Shown piece by piece: positions 49,323 through 64,000 of a stretch of 64,000 nucleotides of DNA. The notes under the pieces were generated by a model. It did no database searches. It saw nothing but the letters and a program-made list of their open reading frames with translations, and was not told the DNA's origin. Each line of letters starts with the position of its first letter. Position 1 is the first letter of the stretch. Source of the stretch: the human T2T-CHM13v2.0 reference genome, Homo sapiens; the NCBI RefSeq assembly GCF_009914755.1, contig NC_060930.1; one strand, 5' to 3'. The translations under genes and the position numbers were made by a program.

Positions 49323-50524
49323 GTCTGTTTTTATAAATGGAGGCATGGTTTTATATGGACTAAAATACTATGATTGCCTTTTTATTTTACACATGGTGAA
49401 ATTAGAGCAGGACATATTTTAAACTCAAAATTCACAAAATTAATTTATGAAAATGTTTACCCAGATCAAGAATATTAAAGAAACTTAGATTAATATTGTT
49501 ACCTTGAATTTATTTTACTGAGTAATCCTCTAAGACTCCTCTACACATTATTAATCTAGAAGGATTTTTAAAGTCTTTATGACAATTAATTATTGGTCTA
49601 CAGTCAAATTGCATATCCCCATTAACTAGAGTTATATTTTTCCATTTTCTGATCCAAAAACTTTAGGAACAGGAAATGTTTATTTTAGAAAACAAGAACA
49701 CTTCTTAAGCATTTGCTGTTAACAGTTATTTTCACATGTGCTTGTACTTATTTTACACTTGTCAGAACATAGTATTTACCTTTGAACCAAGGTTTTATAA
49801 TAAGCAAGCACTTTTTTTATTTAGAAGTCACATTTTCCAAGTAGAAAAATCATTAAAAATTCAGTCCTCTGAAGGCTAATTTCTTTAAATCATTTAACCT
49901 AATTGTTTAAGGTATAGATTGGAATTTTTCTCAGCACTCTCTTGAAAACAGGTGACAGTGGAACCCTGTTAGGTTCACAAATCCTAGACTTTGATTATAT
50001 AGCCCAGGCTCAAATTTTTCTCGAATGTTACGAACATTCAAAGCATTAGGAGTCTTGGTTTCATTTCTTAATTTTTTTTCTTCTGGGTATATTTGAGACT
50101 CATCTTGGATTCAAATAAATTAATAATAGTCTCATGAAACCGATAAAAATGGGAGCTCCATTGAACATGAGAGACATTGATTCGTAGTTTCTAACATCCT
50201 CCAAATGAGGAGCCCATCCCTAATTTAGATGCTTCTTTCAAAGGAGGCTCCTTTCCTTCGTTATCCATAATATAGTCACACCAGTCCTGAAAAAACATGG
50301 AACAGACTCCAGATCTTTATATTTCATACTCTAAAGTCGTACAAGCCAATCTGCATTTCCTCTAGTGGAAACTGTATAGCTGGTCATCTTTCCAGGACCC
50401 TTTTATCAAGAAACAATGCAGCTTCTACATTTGTGCTGCTTCTACACCAAAACAGCTGGAATGTATATAGTATGGTTCTGGATGCTCTTGTATACCTCAC
50501 TCTTCATTTCTCACCTAACCCATG

Positions 50525-50843
50525 TGCTATGATTTGAATGTTTCTCCCCTGCAAAACTCATGTTGAAATGTAATTGCCATGATAACAGTATTAATAGGTG
50601 GAATATTTAAGAGGTGATTAGGGTGGGATTGGTGATGTTATAAAAGGGTAAGTTCAGCCCCTTCTTGCTCTCTCTGTCACCCTTCCACCTTCCTCTGTGT
50701 GATGATGCAACAAAAAAGCCCTTCCCAGATGCCAGCATCTTGATTTTGGACTTCTCAGCCTACAGAACTATAAGCCAATAAATTTCTGTTATTTGTTATT
50801 AGTCTGTGATATTCTGTTACAGTAGCACAAAATGGACTATGAC
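50525..50843 (+). mobile_element. MST-type (MaLR) solo LTR
   Basis: TGCTATGATTTGAATGT ... GTAGCACAAAATGGACTATGACA. Confidence 0.82.
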
Positions 50844-50879
50844 ACCATGTGTTTACACAGAAAGAAAAAAATATCATAC

Positions 50880-51185
50880 GGTAATTGCTCCTAAATATGC
50901 AGAGAATATGTTCTGATATCCTTAGTGGATGCCTGAAACTGCAGATAGTACCAAACCTTATATATACTATGTTTTTTTTCCCATACATATGCATGTTAAA
51001 GTTTATAAGTTAGGCAGAGTAAGATATGAACAATAACTAATAATGAAATAGAAACGTAACGATGTGCTGTAATAAAAGTTATGTGACTGACACCTCTTTT
51101 TCTTCCTCTTTCTCTCAAAATATCTTAATATTTTCAAGCCATGGATAACTGAAACTGCAGAAAGTGAAACTGTAGATAAACTATT
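50880..51185 (-). mobile_element. MER44 (Tigger7-derived) MITE
   Basis: AGTGGATGCCTGAAACTGCAGATAGTACCAAACC ... ATAACTGAAACTGCAGAAAGTGAAACTGTAGATAA. Confidence 0.75.
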
Positions 51186-52111
51186 AACTCTATTTAAACA
51201 ATAAAAGAATTATAATTATATTCTTGGGAAAATTAACAATTATCCAAAGTCCCTTTGCAAAGGGAAAAAAAATGCATGTATTGGAAAAAATCTCAACCAC
51301 AGGGTTCCCTAAGCTTTGCAAACAACAAATAGCATCCACCTATCCATCCTCAGAGAGCAACAGTTTTACTGTTATTTAGAAAAAGCAACTATTTCAGGCT
51401 GCAGGTTGTGCACATCAGCACTTCCCAGCTCTCTACTAATATGGGAAAACTGACTATCCCTGACTTCAGTTTTTGTGAAGCTAAATGCCTGACTAGAGTT
51501 TAAACTGAGGCTAATTGGAGATCATAAAATTTTACAGCTTGCTAGAGGTGGACCACGATTTTGATTGGAAACTTTCCACCAACCAATTCTAAAAGGTGTT
51601 AATGGTGACTATTTTCTAAAACAAATCTGAAGAGTAACTAATATGATAAGACCAGAAATATATTTCTCTGGCAAGTCCCTATAAAAAGAAAGCTAGGTAA
51701 TTAAATAATCTCTCAACAATATTGTTTTAGGAAACCCAATAGAGAGTTTCACAGGCCTGTTTCTTATGGGATTGCTCAATGTAGGTAAATATTATCAAAC
51801 CAAAAAGTAATTTTGTAACAGAAATTCTACAGAGCCCCAATACCTTACAGAATGATGAGTACAACAGTAGAAACAAATAGAAGATAACCTAGAAAAATAA
51901 AGCGAATAACTTAATGGCGTGAGTTAGGTTAAGAAAAGCTTCCTGGAAAAAGACATCTGAATAGAATTTTAGTAGATATAGCTAGGAATTCCCAAGCAGG
52001 TAGAAGAAGGGGGACATTCCAGGCAAAGGAATCATGTGAATGCAAAGGTAGGGAGTCATGAATCAATATGTTCGGTTTTTTTGTTGTTTTTGTTTTATAA
52101 AGAGCTATAAT

Positions 52112-52399
52112 AGGCTGGGCACAGTGGCTGTAATCCCAGCACTTTGGGAGGCTGAAGCAGGTGGATCACTTGAGCCCAGGAGTTCGAGACCAGCCTGGGC
52201 AACATGGCAAAACACTGTCTCTACAAAAACAAAAAAAATTATCCCTGTTCAGTGGTGTGCGCCTGTGGTCCCGGCTACCTGGGAGGCTGAGGCGAGAGGA
52301 GTGCTCAAGGTGGGAGGTGGAGATTACAGTGAGCAGAGATCACACCACTGCACTCCAGCCTGAGCGACAGAGAGACTCTGTCTAAAAAAAAAAAAAAAA
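52112..52399 (+). mobile_element. AluJ
   Basis: Alu dimer; TSD AGCTATAATA. Confidence 0.9.
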
Positions 52400-52719
52400 G
52401 CTATAATAAGATCAGCTTACTAGACAATACAGTGAAATGGGGGAAGCTAGAGAAGAGAGGTGGGCAGTGGCCTCTTATGCTACGTAAGAGATTTGACATC
52501 ATAAAGTAAGTTGCCAGAGTTCTGAATGAGGGCATTAGAAATAGTAATGAACAGGAAAGCATACACTTAAGAGCTGTCTGCTGTCTGGGAGGTGGAATTT
52601 ACACTGAGTACTGAGTAATAGAATGAAGGGGTTGAGGGAAAGGTAAGAATCTAGGGTGAGTGTAAATCTTCTGGTTCAGGGGATAAACAACAGGAAGTCA
52701 TTGAAATCTATTGGCCTAT

Positions 52720-55050
52720 CCGCATTTTGAAATTATTTTTACTCATGTAAGATTCTGTAACATTATATGGTCATTAGGAAATATCTGTTTACTGAATTAT
52801 GGAGGTATTCGAAATGTTCAAACATTTCATGCAATATCAAAAACTCAAACTGGCTGCAGTGGCTTATGCCTGTAATCCCAGCACATTGGGAGACCAAGGC
52901 AGGAGTACTGTCTGAGCCCAGGAGTTCAAGACCAGCCTGGGCAACATGGCAAGACCCCATCTCTACAAAATTTTTTTAAATTTGCCAAGAGTGGAGTGCA
53001 CATCTGTGGTCTCAGCTACTTGGAAAGCTGAGGCAGGAGGATCACTTGAGCCCATAAGGTTGAGAGCTGCATTCAGTGAGCCCTGTTCATGCCACTGCAA
53101 TCCAGCCTTAACAACAGAGCAAGACCCTGTCTCAAAAAAATATTATATTCATTAATGTTGCTGCTGATATCAGAAAAAATTCTAAGTATCCCACAGTAGC
53201 AGATACAAGCTTTTCAAAATTCCAACTTCTACTTTTAAAAGCTTAAATTTTAGCACTGGCAACAAATACAACTAGTTGTTTTCCCTAAAGTGATAGTATC
53301 ACTGTTTATTTTCAAGAAAATGTCTGCCAAATTCCCAAGTCTGAATAATCAATTTTCTGTCACTTTTTTTTTCCAAGTGAAAAGATGGTGTTTCCATGAA
53401 AGAAAAGAAAAAGTGGCTAATTCAGCTTGCAACTCAAACAAGTGTTTTTCCAAAAGACAACTATATTTCAGCATGCAGTAGAAGTGTTTTATGGGTACAT
53501 CACATTGTGTCACAAAGAATTTTTTTAAATGTGCTTAAGGGTTGAGATTTAGTAGAAAATAATTTTTACAACTTCATCAAGGACATTATTTTAGTAAAAC
53601 TGTTTTTTTTTTTACTACGAATGTGTGGTGGTGAAGAATACAATGACTACTAATAAAATTTGGTGCCATTGCCTTAATTCGTGCTAAGACACCAGTCATT
53701 TTACCCACCATTGGATAAAATCCACCATTTTTGCACCATCAGTGCAAATGTTAACACAGTTAACACAGTTGTTGAGGATAAACCACCAGATTCAAAAAAG
53801 TCATATAACACTTTTAATGTTTCAGAACCCCTGTTGCCCAGAATTCACATAAAAGAAGATCATCAATGGTCAATTGATGCTGATACCTGATGAATGAAAG
53901 CAAAACAGGATGTATAGCCATCTGTAGATCAGTCCCTTTGTAAGGCTAAGGTACAATTCTTTAGATGATATATTAACTCAGTCTTTATGTTTGCAGTTAA
54001 ATCTTTAATTTGACAAGTTATTGCATCATTGGAAAATGCCAGCACTATGCATTCTTGTGGTGATTTTTCATCCAGCAGGTATTCAGCAATGTCAACTGTT
54101 CAAGCCTTTATTAGTCTCTCTGTGATTGTGTGTGCTCCTCTAGCCAATACAATATGATGGCTTATCCTGTAAGAAGCTTTTAAAGAGTGTATTACATCTA
54201 CATTTCGGTTATTTAATTCCTTTTTTTAATAAATTCTGAATGATTGGTCCCAAAATGATACTGCAACTTTGTTGGAACCATATAAGTGTTTGAAAATGTT
54301 TTACTGCACAAGACACAATATGATAAATTATTAACATCTATAAAGCTGAACAAAAGATCACTTTCAACATATTTTTGTTGTGTATAGTTGTGCTCAGTTT
54401 CTTTGGAATAGATTTCTCCTTTTTATGAGGAATCAGATAACTTGCTGATATGTCAATGTCATCCTTTTCAGCATCTCTAGACATAGGCAATCTAGACACC
54501 AGAAAATGTGTTTTCTCTTCTCCCTTTTTAAAGCCAACCATCCACCCTATTCAGATAAAATTTTTTAATTAAAAACATTTTTGAAAAATATATTATTGCA
54601 AAACAACAAAGTAAACATAATTTTTGTTATGTTTCTGTGTAAAAGGAAAAACTTTAGGATTTAAAAATGATTTCTTGGAAGATAATGAGATTACAGAGAT
54701 TATAACAGGTATAACTGAAGATAGCTGGTAAGAGCATGGTAGAAAAGAAATAATTTCTGAAAACTACATACTTATACCGTAAACTCACTACCTTTGAAAA
54801 CTCTAGAAAATACAATACACAGGCACACAATCTGTTAGGTATCAGAGAAATAGTCATCACTATTCATCACATGCCATTGTTGTCTTTGGCGAACCCTTCT
54901 GTACACTTATGAGAGTGAGAGTAAAAAAAAGGCAAATAACATCTTAATTTTATGAATATTTTTGACCTTGTTGACCCTCTAAAAGGATCCAAGGGATCTC
55001 TCCCTTCCAACATCCCCAGGAATCCTCTGATCACATTTTGAGAACTGTTG
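52720..55050 (-). mobile_element. Charlie1-type hAT DNA transposon remnant with a nested AluJ (52851-53140)
   Basis: Charlie1-like internal sequence (GCAGATACAAG...GGCAACAAATAC...GAAAATGTCTGCCAAA) and terminus (...TCACATTTTGAGAACTGTTG). Confidence 0.75.
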
Positions 55051-55858
55051 GATAAGTCAGTTAATATTGCAGGAACATAGGCTATCACCATGGGGAATAA
55101 ATGAAACCAGATCTCTACCTCACACCATTACAAAAATAAATTTTAAATGAAATAAAAGGCTAAATGTGAAAAGGTAAAGGTTTAAAGCTTTGGGGGGGAA
55201 ATGTAGAATAACTTTATTATCTCAAGGTAGATAGCCTAACAATACCACGTGCTGAAGCAGAAATGTGAAGAAATGGGAATTTGCATAGAATCTTGGTGGA
55301 AGGGTTAGTTTTCCCACTTATTTCAACTACTTATTTCACATATGCAGTGTTGTACAAATTTAAAGAGACAAGAATCCTACAGACAAGCAATTCTATGTTT
55401 ATATGCCCTAGAGACCTGAAGACATTCTCAAATACAAAAACAAAGAAGTATGCATAAGGATGTTCATTGCAGGTTTGCTTATAATTGGTGGAAAGTCAGG
55501 GGATGCCCATCAGTGCATAAAAAAGTAAATAAAATTGTGTTGCCTTTCTACAATAAATTGTGCAACCATTAAAATAAACTAAATGTCCATATTTCACAAG
55601 GACAATTCTCACAACATAATAACAAATGATATGCACTAACTTTAAACTAGTAATTGCATCTGGTGAGGGAAAAGAAAGGTGGACCTGAAGTCAGGTGCAA
55701 ACAGCACAACTGTATTTGAGTAGTGGTTGCATGACTGTTGTTCCATGTATTTTCTGTATGTTACAAATATTTACTATTAATTATAACAACATAAGATGTA
55801 CTCTAACTCCTTCATGCTGCTAATTATAGAATATCTACTTTGTTGACTAAACCCTTTA

Positions 55859-55860
<2 letters not shown>

Positions 55861-55899
<39 letters not shown>
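55861..55899. repeat. (AT)19 microsatellite
   Basis: Direct reading of the sequence. Confidence 0.97.
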
Positions 55900-55900
<1 letters not shown>

Positions 55901-57874
55901 CCTATTTCTGTTAATGGTTCTTTGGATAAATAACAGTTGACTTTGTTCCTCTGCTTGGTATTTTAAAAAACCTATTAGTTTACAAATCTCTTACTAATTT
56001 TAGTTTTAATATTTGTATTGTTAAGTATTTTAAACACACAGAAAGGCAAATAAACCCCCATTACCCAAACACCCAGCTTTATTAAATCTTAGTATTTTGT
56101 CCTATTTGTTTCAATGGTTTTTTTAATAAATCAGTGACTACAATAAAATTGATACCTCTGAATCCTTCCATTTTCTTTTCACTGCCCCCAGATATAACCA
56201 CCAATGTGAAGTCAGTTTTATCATTGCTATGCATGTTTTTAATATTTTTACTAAATGTTTATGAATTCTTAAACATTATGAAGCATTATGTTATAGAGTT
56301 TTTAAGTTTTATAAAATATTATCTAATACTGTTACTTTAAGAAAACCTGCAGTAACCCCTTCTGAAAAAGATTAATCACACGTAATTTGTTACATATTAA
56401 AATAACTGCTCCTAAATAGTGATGTGGCCTTGGGCAAGCTCTTTCAAGTTTCTGTGAGCTCCAGCTTTTCCTTATCTGTGTGGTAAAAGAATATGAGACT
56501 ATGTCTGCGCTCTCTTTCAGATTATAAGTCTCTATAAATTATTCAACTCAAATGTCCCCATGGGTTTACTTAAAGGATAGTTTTGTCCACTTATGAACAA
56601 CTGTGTTTCATCAAAATCAGAATTTACTGAATGTTCATTCATTTTAACTTTTTTAAGTGGTTTGTCACAGAATTCCTTTCAATGCTGAGATTTTCAAATA
56701 TATTGCAACCATCGAGAGGACATTCTTGAATATTCACTATGAGCCTGATGCTATGCGAGGTGCCAGAGATACAAGAGGGAACTTGACAGGTACAGTCTGT
56801 CTCCCACAAAGCTTATGGCTGAGTTTTTAAAATATAATTCAAGCTTTTCAGGAATACAGTCAATCCATAAAGCAATAGGGAGAAACATTTCCAATATCAA
56901 GAGGCACTGATGAATGAATGTGTGAATAACTAAATTTTGTAACTTTTTTTGTAGACATAAAAATAAGCATTCACTGTGTCATCCTTAAATAAAATCATTG
57001 GCAGAGTGTAGCCTATAAATGTCTGGAAATACCTCACCAAAGGCTAGAAGACATTTTGCCAGAAGGAAGTAATGTTTACATTTCTATATTTTGTTTCTTT
57101 TTCCTCTACATATGCATTTTGTCCTATGTCTATGTCTCCTTCTTAATAGGCTTTGACATGAACCCAAAGCAAATGTTTCCTATTATTTTATCTATTTATT
57201 GAATATACATTGTTTTCTGAATGCTATTCCTTTCATTTACCAGTTCTAGTAGTCTGGGTTTGCTCTTATTTCTCTTTACTCTAAAATGGTTTTTTTAATC
57301 TGTAACACAGAACTTAGTGCTTGGTTATATATAGGTAGGCATTGTTTTCTAAAAACACTGGTTTACAAAATGGAATGTGCACACTACAGGGAATGTGCAA
57401 ATGATCCTTGAGGATACAGGAAGGAAGTGTTAAAGTTTCTATTTATTTTGGTAACTTATAAACTTTCTATTTGTTACAGTGTGAGTTCTGGTGTATATAG
57501 TCAAGCCATATGCTAGTACATGGGATAATGTATAAATAAACATGTAAGTGTCGATAAGTACTCAACTCTTTTTTACTGAGAGGGCTTTAGGCTTTTTTTT
57601 TTTTTAAGTTTCAATACCACAGTTCAAATGTGTGTGTTGGTCTTATCTATGTAATTGTTTTGTGTGCTCTTTCAGGGAGTGGTGGTGTCTTGTGTCTCTT
57701 ACTCTGTCCAAAGGACCTTGTATGTATAAATGCGAATAAATATTTATTGAACTCCACTAATAAATGATTCCATTCTTCAGACCATCAAACTAAGGACTAC
57801 GCTTTGAACATGCTTTGGAAACATTTTCATTAAAGCCAAAATGTCTCAGAAATGTTTAATTAAAAAATAAAATT

Positions 57875-58300
<426 letters not shown>

Positions 58301-58404
58301 TCACCAGCTTCTTCAAAGCAATGAAATATCCAGTTGTCCCATTTAATTCTCATTTGGTATAATTTTTCATTGATAAGAATAATTCATAATTAACCAGCTT
58401 ACAT

Positions 58405-58590
58405 ATGCTTCTTAAATTTTAGTGTACATAAGAATTGCTAAGAAGTAGGCTTAAATGCAAATTCTCAGGCTCCAGCCCAGGGATCCTAATTCAGCAGTTC
58501 TAGAGGTTATTCAGAAATCTGCATTTTCATGAAGTACCCTGGATGATTCTAATGGATGTTGTCTGTAACACAACTTTCAGATAAATGTCC
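58405..58590. mobile_element. MER5-type hAT MITE
   Basis: AAATGCAAATTCTCAGGCTCCAGCCCAG...AATCTGCATTTT...GGATGATTCTAAT. Confidence 0.65.
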
Positions 58591-61500
58591 TGTATAAGCA
58601 TATTCTATCTTGCCATTAGCCATGAGAATTTGATTAAAGAAACAAATCTAAGAACCCAACTACTAGTCTATTACTCCAACCATTCCTTCTTGCCAACTGT
58701 GATCAGAAGTATGAAAAAAACAGCCCATGTTCTTCCTTAGAGGAAGACCATATCCCAACTGTGAAATGGTCCAGACATCTTGGAACTGAATATGGATTGT
58801 GATCCTGATACCCCCAACCCTCACTGCTCTTCATATACCAGCTGAGCATTTCATAATATTTATTCGATAAACCTTTCCTTGGTCCTGAGCCTCCTTGCTT
58901 CCCGACCTACTCCATGTAGCCTGGCTACTCTTATTTCCATGAGGTGGGCTGTCTTCTGGCCCTCCCATCATCCCCAACAGATGTGAACATGAGGGACCTT
59001 GGAGCAGGGGTAGATACTCCAGTGCAAAAATAGTGGACACTCACCTCTTCTAAGACCTTTTATCAATCATTCTCTAAACACCTCTCAAACATGTCCTTCC
59101 CTTGTATTTCCTCTTTCAGTGGATTAAACCACTGTCCACTCAACTGTCTGAGTGAGAAGATTGGATTCAGTGAGTTTTCAGGTCCTACCAAGTCTATTTC
59201 AAAGTGTCATTTCAATGATTTTATTTCCTTTGCTTCTAAATAGTGGCATACATGGATATCAAGTACTGTAGTGGGTTCAAAATTGGAGAAATGGATTTTG
59301 AAGTCATCTTTTTGCAGGTACAAGAGAAGCCATATTGAGTCAGTCAGAGAAGAGAAGACAGGAAAAGTAGAATAAAATCTTTAGAATATTCAAAGCATTA
59401 CACAAATGTAATGTTTTATTATTAACTGTGACTTCATTTTGGTTCCAATTCTGTCCAGAGAAATTTGAATGCTGGAGTTTTGGGAATTTTAAGGCTTTGA
59501 GCAAGGAACATTTTATGATCCTCTGCTTACCACTTGTTTATTTACAACAGAATTTCAGCAATGAAGAGAAAGTTATTTTTGTAGGAAAAAAAATCCTACA
59601 ATGCTTACTTCATACAAATTAGTTGTGCCTTGGGTTCAGATTAACATACACACTCAAAAGACTTGGTGGGCTGTTATACGGCAACTTATTTATTTAGCTT
59701 TGTAGAGGAATATTGGATATGGAAACATAGCTTGTCAGCCTGACAGCATTAGACATCTTCATCAGGAGTCTTTATGTATTCTAGATGCTGATTCTTAACC
59801 CTCTCATCTCATGGGAATATGCATGGTCATAGTAGACAAGACCACAGGAGTAGGGGAGAGGCACGGGGGAGCCATTCTAGGATGGAAGAATCTCTCACAT
59901 GACAGGAACCACATCTTATACCAACCCATGAGTGAGGATTCCAAGAAAACAGGCATATTCGGATTCAAGAAACACACCATAACAGAGTCCAGGGCCTACA
60001 TTTCCCAACAGGTTTTCATACGGGTCTGGTCATATAGGTCCACCAAGTCTAAATGCCTGCCCGCAGTCTGCCCAGCATAGATGTAGTTCACCAACCAGGG
60101 GTCATTTCCACACTTATAAATAAATAAATAAATAAATAAATGTGATTTTTTAAAATACAGCTGACATTTCACATTTATCCAAACAGTACATTTCAAAGAA
60201 ACAGTAAGTATAAGGTAAACTGGAGTTCATCTTCCCATGGGAAAAAAGAGCTTAAAACTGTTGTTAACCCTTTGACCTACCAACAAACATTGCTTACTCC
60301 CACTCAAGAGCTCATTCCAGTTAGGACACAACCTGGTGACAGCCCTTCCTGGTAGCAACTACTGAGCATTGCAAGGAGAAGAAATTGGGATGGGTGCCTA
60401 TAAAGAGAAAAACTCTCTTTTTAACCTTCAAATCTAAAGAAAATCAATCCAACAAGCATTTGCTGCAAACCTAGTGCCAAGCACTGCCACATAGGAAGAT
60501 GCATCTGCCATCTGTCAAGACAGACTGAGGGAGGAATGGGGGTAGAGACCAATTAGAAAATAGGAAAAAACGAGACCAGCTGGGGACAGCTGCAGCAAAG
60601 CACCCTGAGGATACTAAACACCCTCAGTATTTAGCTAGGATGGCCTAAAAGAGCTAATCTGAAAGAATTCATAAATCATATGGATGCTTCTATTATAAAT
60701 TAGAGGAAAGGCAGATTTATACATCATGAAGCCTATAAGGTAAATATTATCTAGTAGTATGAACATAGCTTCACCACACAGCCTCCTAAAAATCTATGGA
60801 TACTTTCCTGAAAGTACCCCTGAAGGCATTCCTCCTGGATTCTGTGAAGTAAATTAGCCCTCAAGGTGTACCCAGCAAGGGCTCAATAGAGTGCACAATA
60901 AATGCTCAACACACATCTATCTTCCTCCCCTCCCACTATCCAAGCTTCATGCCTACCTCATGAATCTCCAAGTTCCTTTCTCTCCTGTCCCTGGAGCATA
61001 GATGAATCAGAATCCCTGCTTGCCACCCCATTGGACACCTTGAAAAGAGACCCTTGGAATGGCTATGACAACACATCAGTCCTGGCTACGAGTGTAAGAC
61101 CCTGGGCATCAGGAAGCCTCAGGCCATGAGCTATTGAATGTCGCTTGTCACTTTGCCCTTTGAGGACCAGAAATAAAGCTTCCAGTTCCTGTGAAATGGC
61201 AAATAGGTAGGTTCAGGCTTCCAGCTCCCTCACCCAAAATTAATTTTTGTAAAGGTAGAGAAGCAAAAGGAAGCAAGGATCTGGGGAGCTGGCAACACCA
61301 GAAATAAGTATAAAGTGTTTTTATATTTGCCAGGAGAGACAGAACTGCTGTCTTGAGCTGGTGTGCGTAGAGAATGGGCAGGGCTGCATCCTGGGAGATA
61401 AGCCACAGTGGGAGAACAGGCTGCAGGAAGACTTTTTAATTTCTGCACTATGTCCTTCCCAATCGGCTTGGGACAATTGTTGCCTCCCCTTCATACATAA

Positions 61501-62453
61501 ACAGGCTGCAACAGGCCAGGCTACTTGTATCTTCAAGGTAAATCAGTAGGGAACAGATGAAACTAGGGGTGAGCTTTTGGGTATTCTCTTCTCCACTACT
61601 CACGACCACTGCCCCAACTCCCAGCGCTGGTGAATCCCAACGTGGAGCACCTGCCTACTCCCAACTGTGCTTTTCCTAGGAGTTGCCTGAAAGAGTAGTG
61701 GCAAATGGGGAGATCCACAGTGTTTCTGGGCTCTCTACCAGGGCTGGATCTGGAGGGACACAGACCAGTATTTGACTTTATCTCTTCCCCATTACACATT
61801 ACCCCACAGACTAGCTGGTGCCCTCCTGGAGACGTGAGCTCACAGATCAACATAATGATATGGCTAAGGAACAAAAAAATTGCAAAACATAGACAACAAA
61901 TTAACACCATATACTATCTAATGCAGAATTGTGAAGAAGATGAACCAAGAACTTGAAACAAAATGGCAAATATACTTAAGATAATAGAAGATACCAGCAA
62001 CATAAAGCAAAACCAGTAACTCACAAAAACAAAGACAGAATATTAGATGTTAAAACTATAACAGTAGAAGTTGTAAATACTATAGATTAGACAAGTACCA
62101 GGATAAATATAGCTGAAGAATAATTTGTGAGGTAAAAGATAAGATGAAAGATAATCCCAGAAGACAGTAGGAAAGAATAAAGACATCAAAAATATAAAAG
62201 AAAGTTCAGCAAAATGTATGCTAGAAATAGAAGTATCAACATCTGAATCATAAGAGAACTCACAGTGAGAGGAAAAAAATATATACGTGAGAAAATAATG
62301 ACTAATAAATTTACAATTTTTTTTTAATTATGAAAGACCTCAGAGAAAAGGGTTCAAAGGATACTTAACAGGAGCTTCAGAAAAATCCACACCTATGCTC
62401 GTTATATTGAGACAAATAAATATTTTTAAAACTTAGAAAGAAGAGTTTATCAA

Positions 62454-62716
62454 CTGGGCACAGTGGCTCACGCCTATAATCCCAGCACTTTGGGACTTTG
62501 GGAGGTAGAGGCGGGTGGATCACTTGCGGACAGGAGTTCGAGACCAGCCTGGCCAATATGGTGAAACCCTGTGTCTACTAAAAATACAAAAATTAGCCCC
62601 GCCTGGTGGCGTGTGCCTGTAGTCCCAGCTACTCGGGAGGCTGAGGCAAACCCGGGAGGTGGAGGTTCCAGTGGGTGACAGAGTGATACCCTATCAGAAA
62701 AAAAAAAAAAAAAAAG
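62454..62716 (+). mobile_element. AluS with internal deletions, inside an old L1 ORF1 remnant (~61850-63000)
   Basis: Alu consensus with right-arm deletions. Flanks are L1 ORF1-like (ATCAGATTGATGTCAGACTTTTCAACAGCAATG). Confidence 0.8.
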
Positions 62717-63461
62717 AACAGTTTACAAAGGAGTAAGATCAGATTGATGTCAGACTTTTCAACAGCAATGAATGCAAGAATAAAATAAAATAATATTTTT
62801 ATAGTAGTGAAGGAAAATAAACTGGAGTTTAGAACTTTATATGTATCAAAATTGCTATTCAAGTGAGATGGCATAACAAATTTATTATCATGCAAAGAAT
62901 CCAAAGGCTCATATTTAAAACACTCTTGGACGTGGAAAAAAAAAAAAAAAAACACTCTTAGAGGAAGTACACAAAAAGAGAATCAAATCAAGAAATTTAC
63001 AACAACAAATATAAGGGTGATTTGTCAACAAATCCAGGACCATATTTTTAAAAGAGGGTAAATGAATGTGTGTGTGTGTAATATCTACTTGGTAGGAGAA
63101 TTGGCATTAGAGGGAGGGAAGTAGAAAATCAAAAGAACATAAGAGTATGCTAAAGAACTTAGGAGGCAAGATATAAATATTAAGGTAGTTAAGACATTTT
63201 AAAAGGTAAATGCTCACTGTGTTAAATTAAAGGCAACCACCATAAGAACAGAATCAGTATGTATAACTTTTAATACAGCAGAAAAAAATCAGTCTATCAA
63301 ATGGAAAGCAAGAAAAGGGAAGAAACATTGTACAATAAAAACAGAATGTGAAATGAGTTGCAAAAGTAAATCTTTACTTCAGCAGTTACCAATAAAAGAA
63401 CAAAGGCTCTAATAATGGAGGAAAAAGGGAACCAAATCATGTGTGATTTATAACAAATACT

Positions 63462-64000
63462 CTTTTTTAACTTTTAAGTTCAGGGGTAAATGTGCAGGTT
63501 TGTTTCATAGGTAAACTTGTGTCAGGGAGGTTTGTTGTACAGATTATTTCATTACCCAGGTATTAAGCCTAGTATACATTAGTTATTTTTCCTGATCCTC
63601 TCCCTCCTCCCACCTCCACCCTCCAATAGGCCCATGTGTGCAGTTCCCCTCTGTGTGTCCATGTGTTTTCACAATTTACCTCCCACTTATAAGTCAAAAC
63701 ATCTGGCATTTGATTTTCTCTTCCTACATTATTTTGCCAAGGATAATGGCCTCCAGCTCCATCCATGTCCCTGCAGAGGACATGATCTCATTCTTATTTA
63801 TATCTGCATAGTATTCCATGGTGTATGTGTATCACGTTTTCTTTATCCAGTCTATCATTAGTGGGCATTTAGGTTGATTCCAAGTCTTTGATATTGTGAA
63901 TAGTGCTACAGTGAACATATGTGTTCATGTGTCTTTATAATAGAATGATTTATATTCCTTTGTGTATGTTCCCAGTAATGGGATTGCTGGGTCAAATGGT
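63462..64000 (-). mobile_element. L1PA/L1PB 3' end (antisense), continuing past the window
   Basis: TTTTAAGTTCAGGGGTAAATGTGCAGG... L1 3'UTR and ORF2 C-terminus. Confidence 0.9.

Overview
This is human (primate) genomic DNA from the MHC class II region. It starts in TAP1 intron 1/exon 1 (minus strand) and crosses the bidirectional interferon/NF-kB-responsive TAP1/PSMB9 promoter. It then contains the complete six-exon PSMB9 (LMP2, immunoproteasome beta1i) gene. The remaining ~57 kb is repeat-rich intergenic DNA. That stretch holds an old, nearly full-length L1 broken by nested insertions, including the intact-ORF retrocopy PPP1R2P1. It also holds a second CpG-island promoter (~41.1-42.6 kb, probably driving a lncRNA) and a decayed MHC class I fragment (HLA-Z). 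I found no convincing new protein-coding system. The observations most worth following up are: (1) the class I remnant extends over alpha3, intron 4, the TM exon and perhaps exon 6, and is bracketed by a ~51-bp direct repeat; (2) the intact PPP1R2P1 ORF, with its exact insertion site; (3) a divergent pair of CTCF motifs; (4) TE-derived NF-kB/CRE/IRF motif clusters; and (5) a switchable hairpin next to the distal PSMB9 poly(A) signal. Gene and repeat identities come from recalled sequences, not database searches. Repeat subfamily names and boundaries are approximate.
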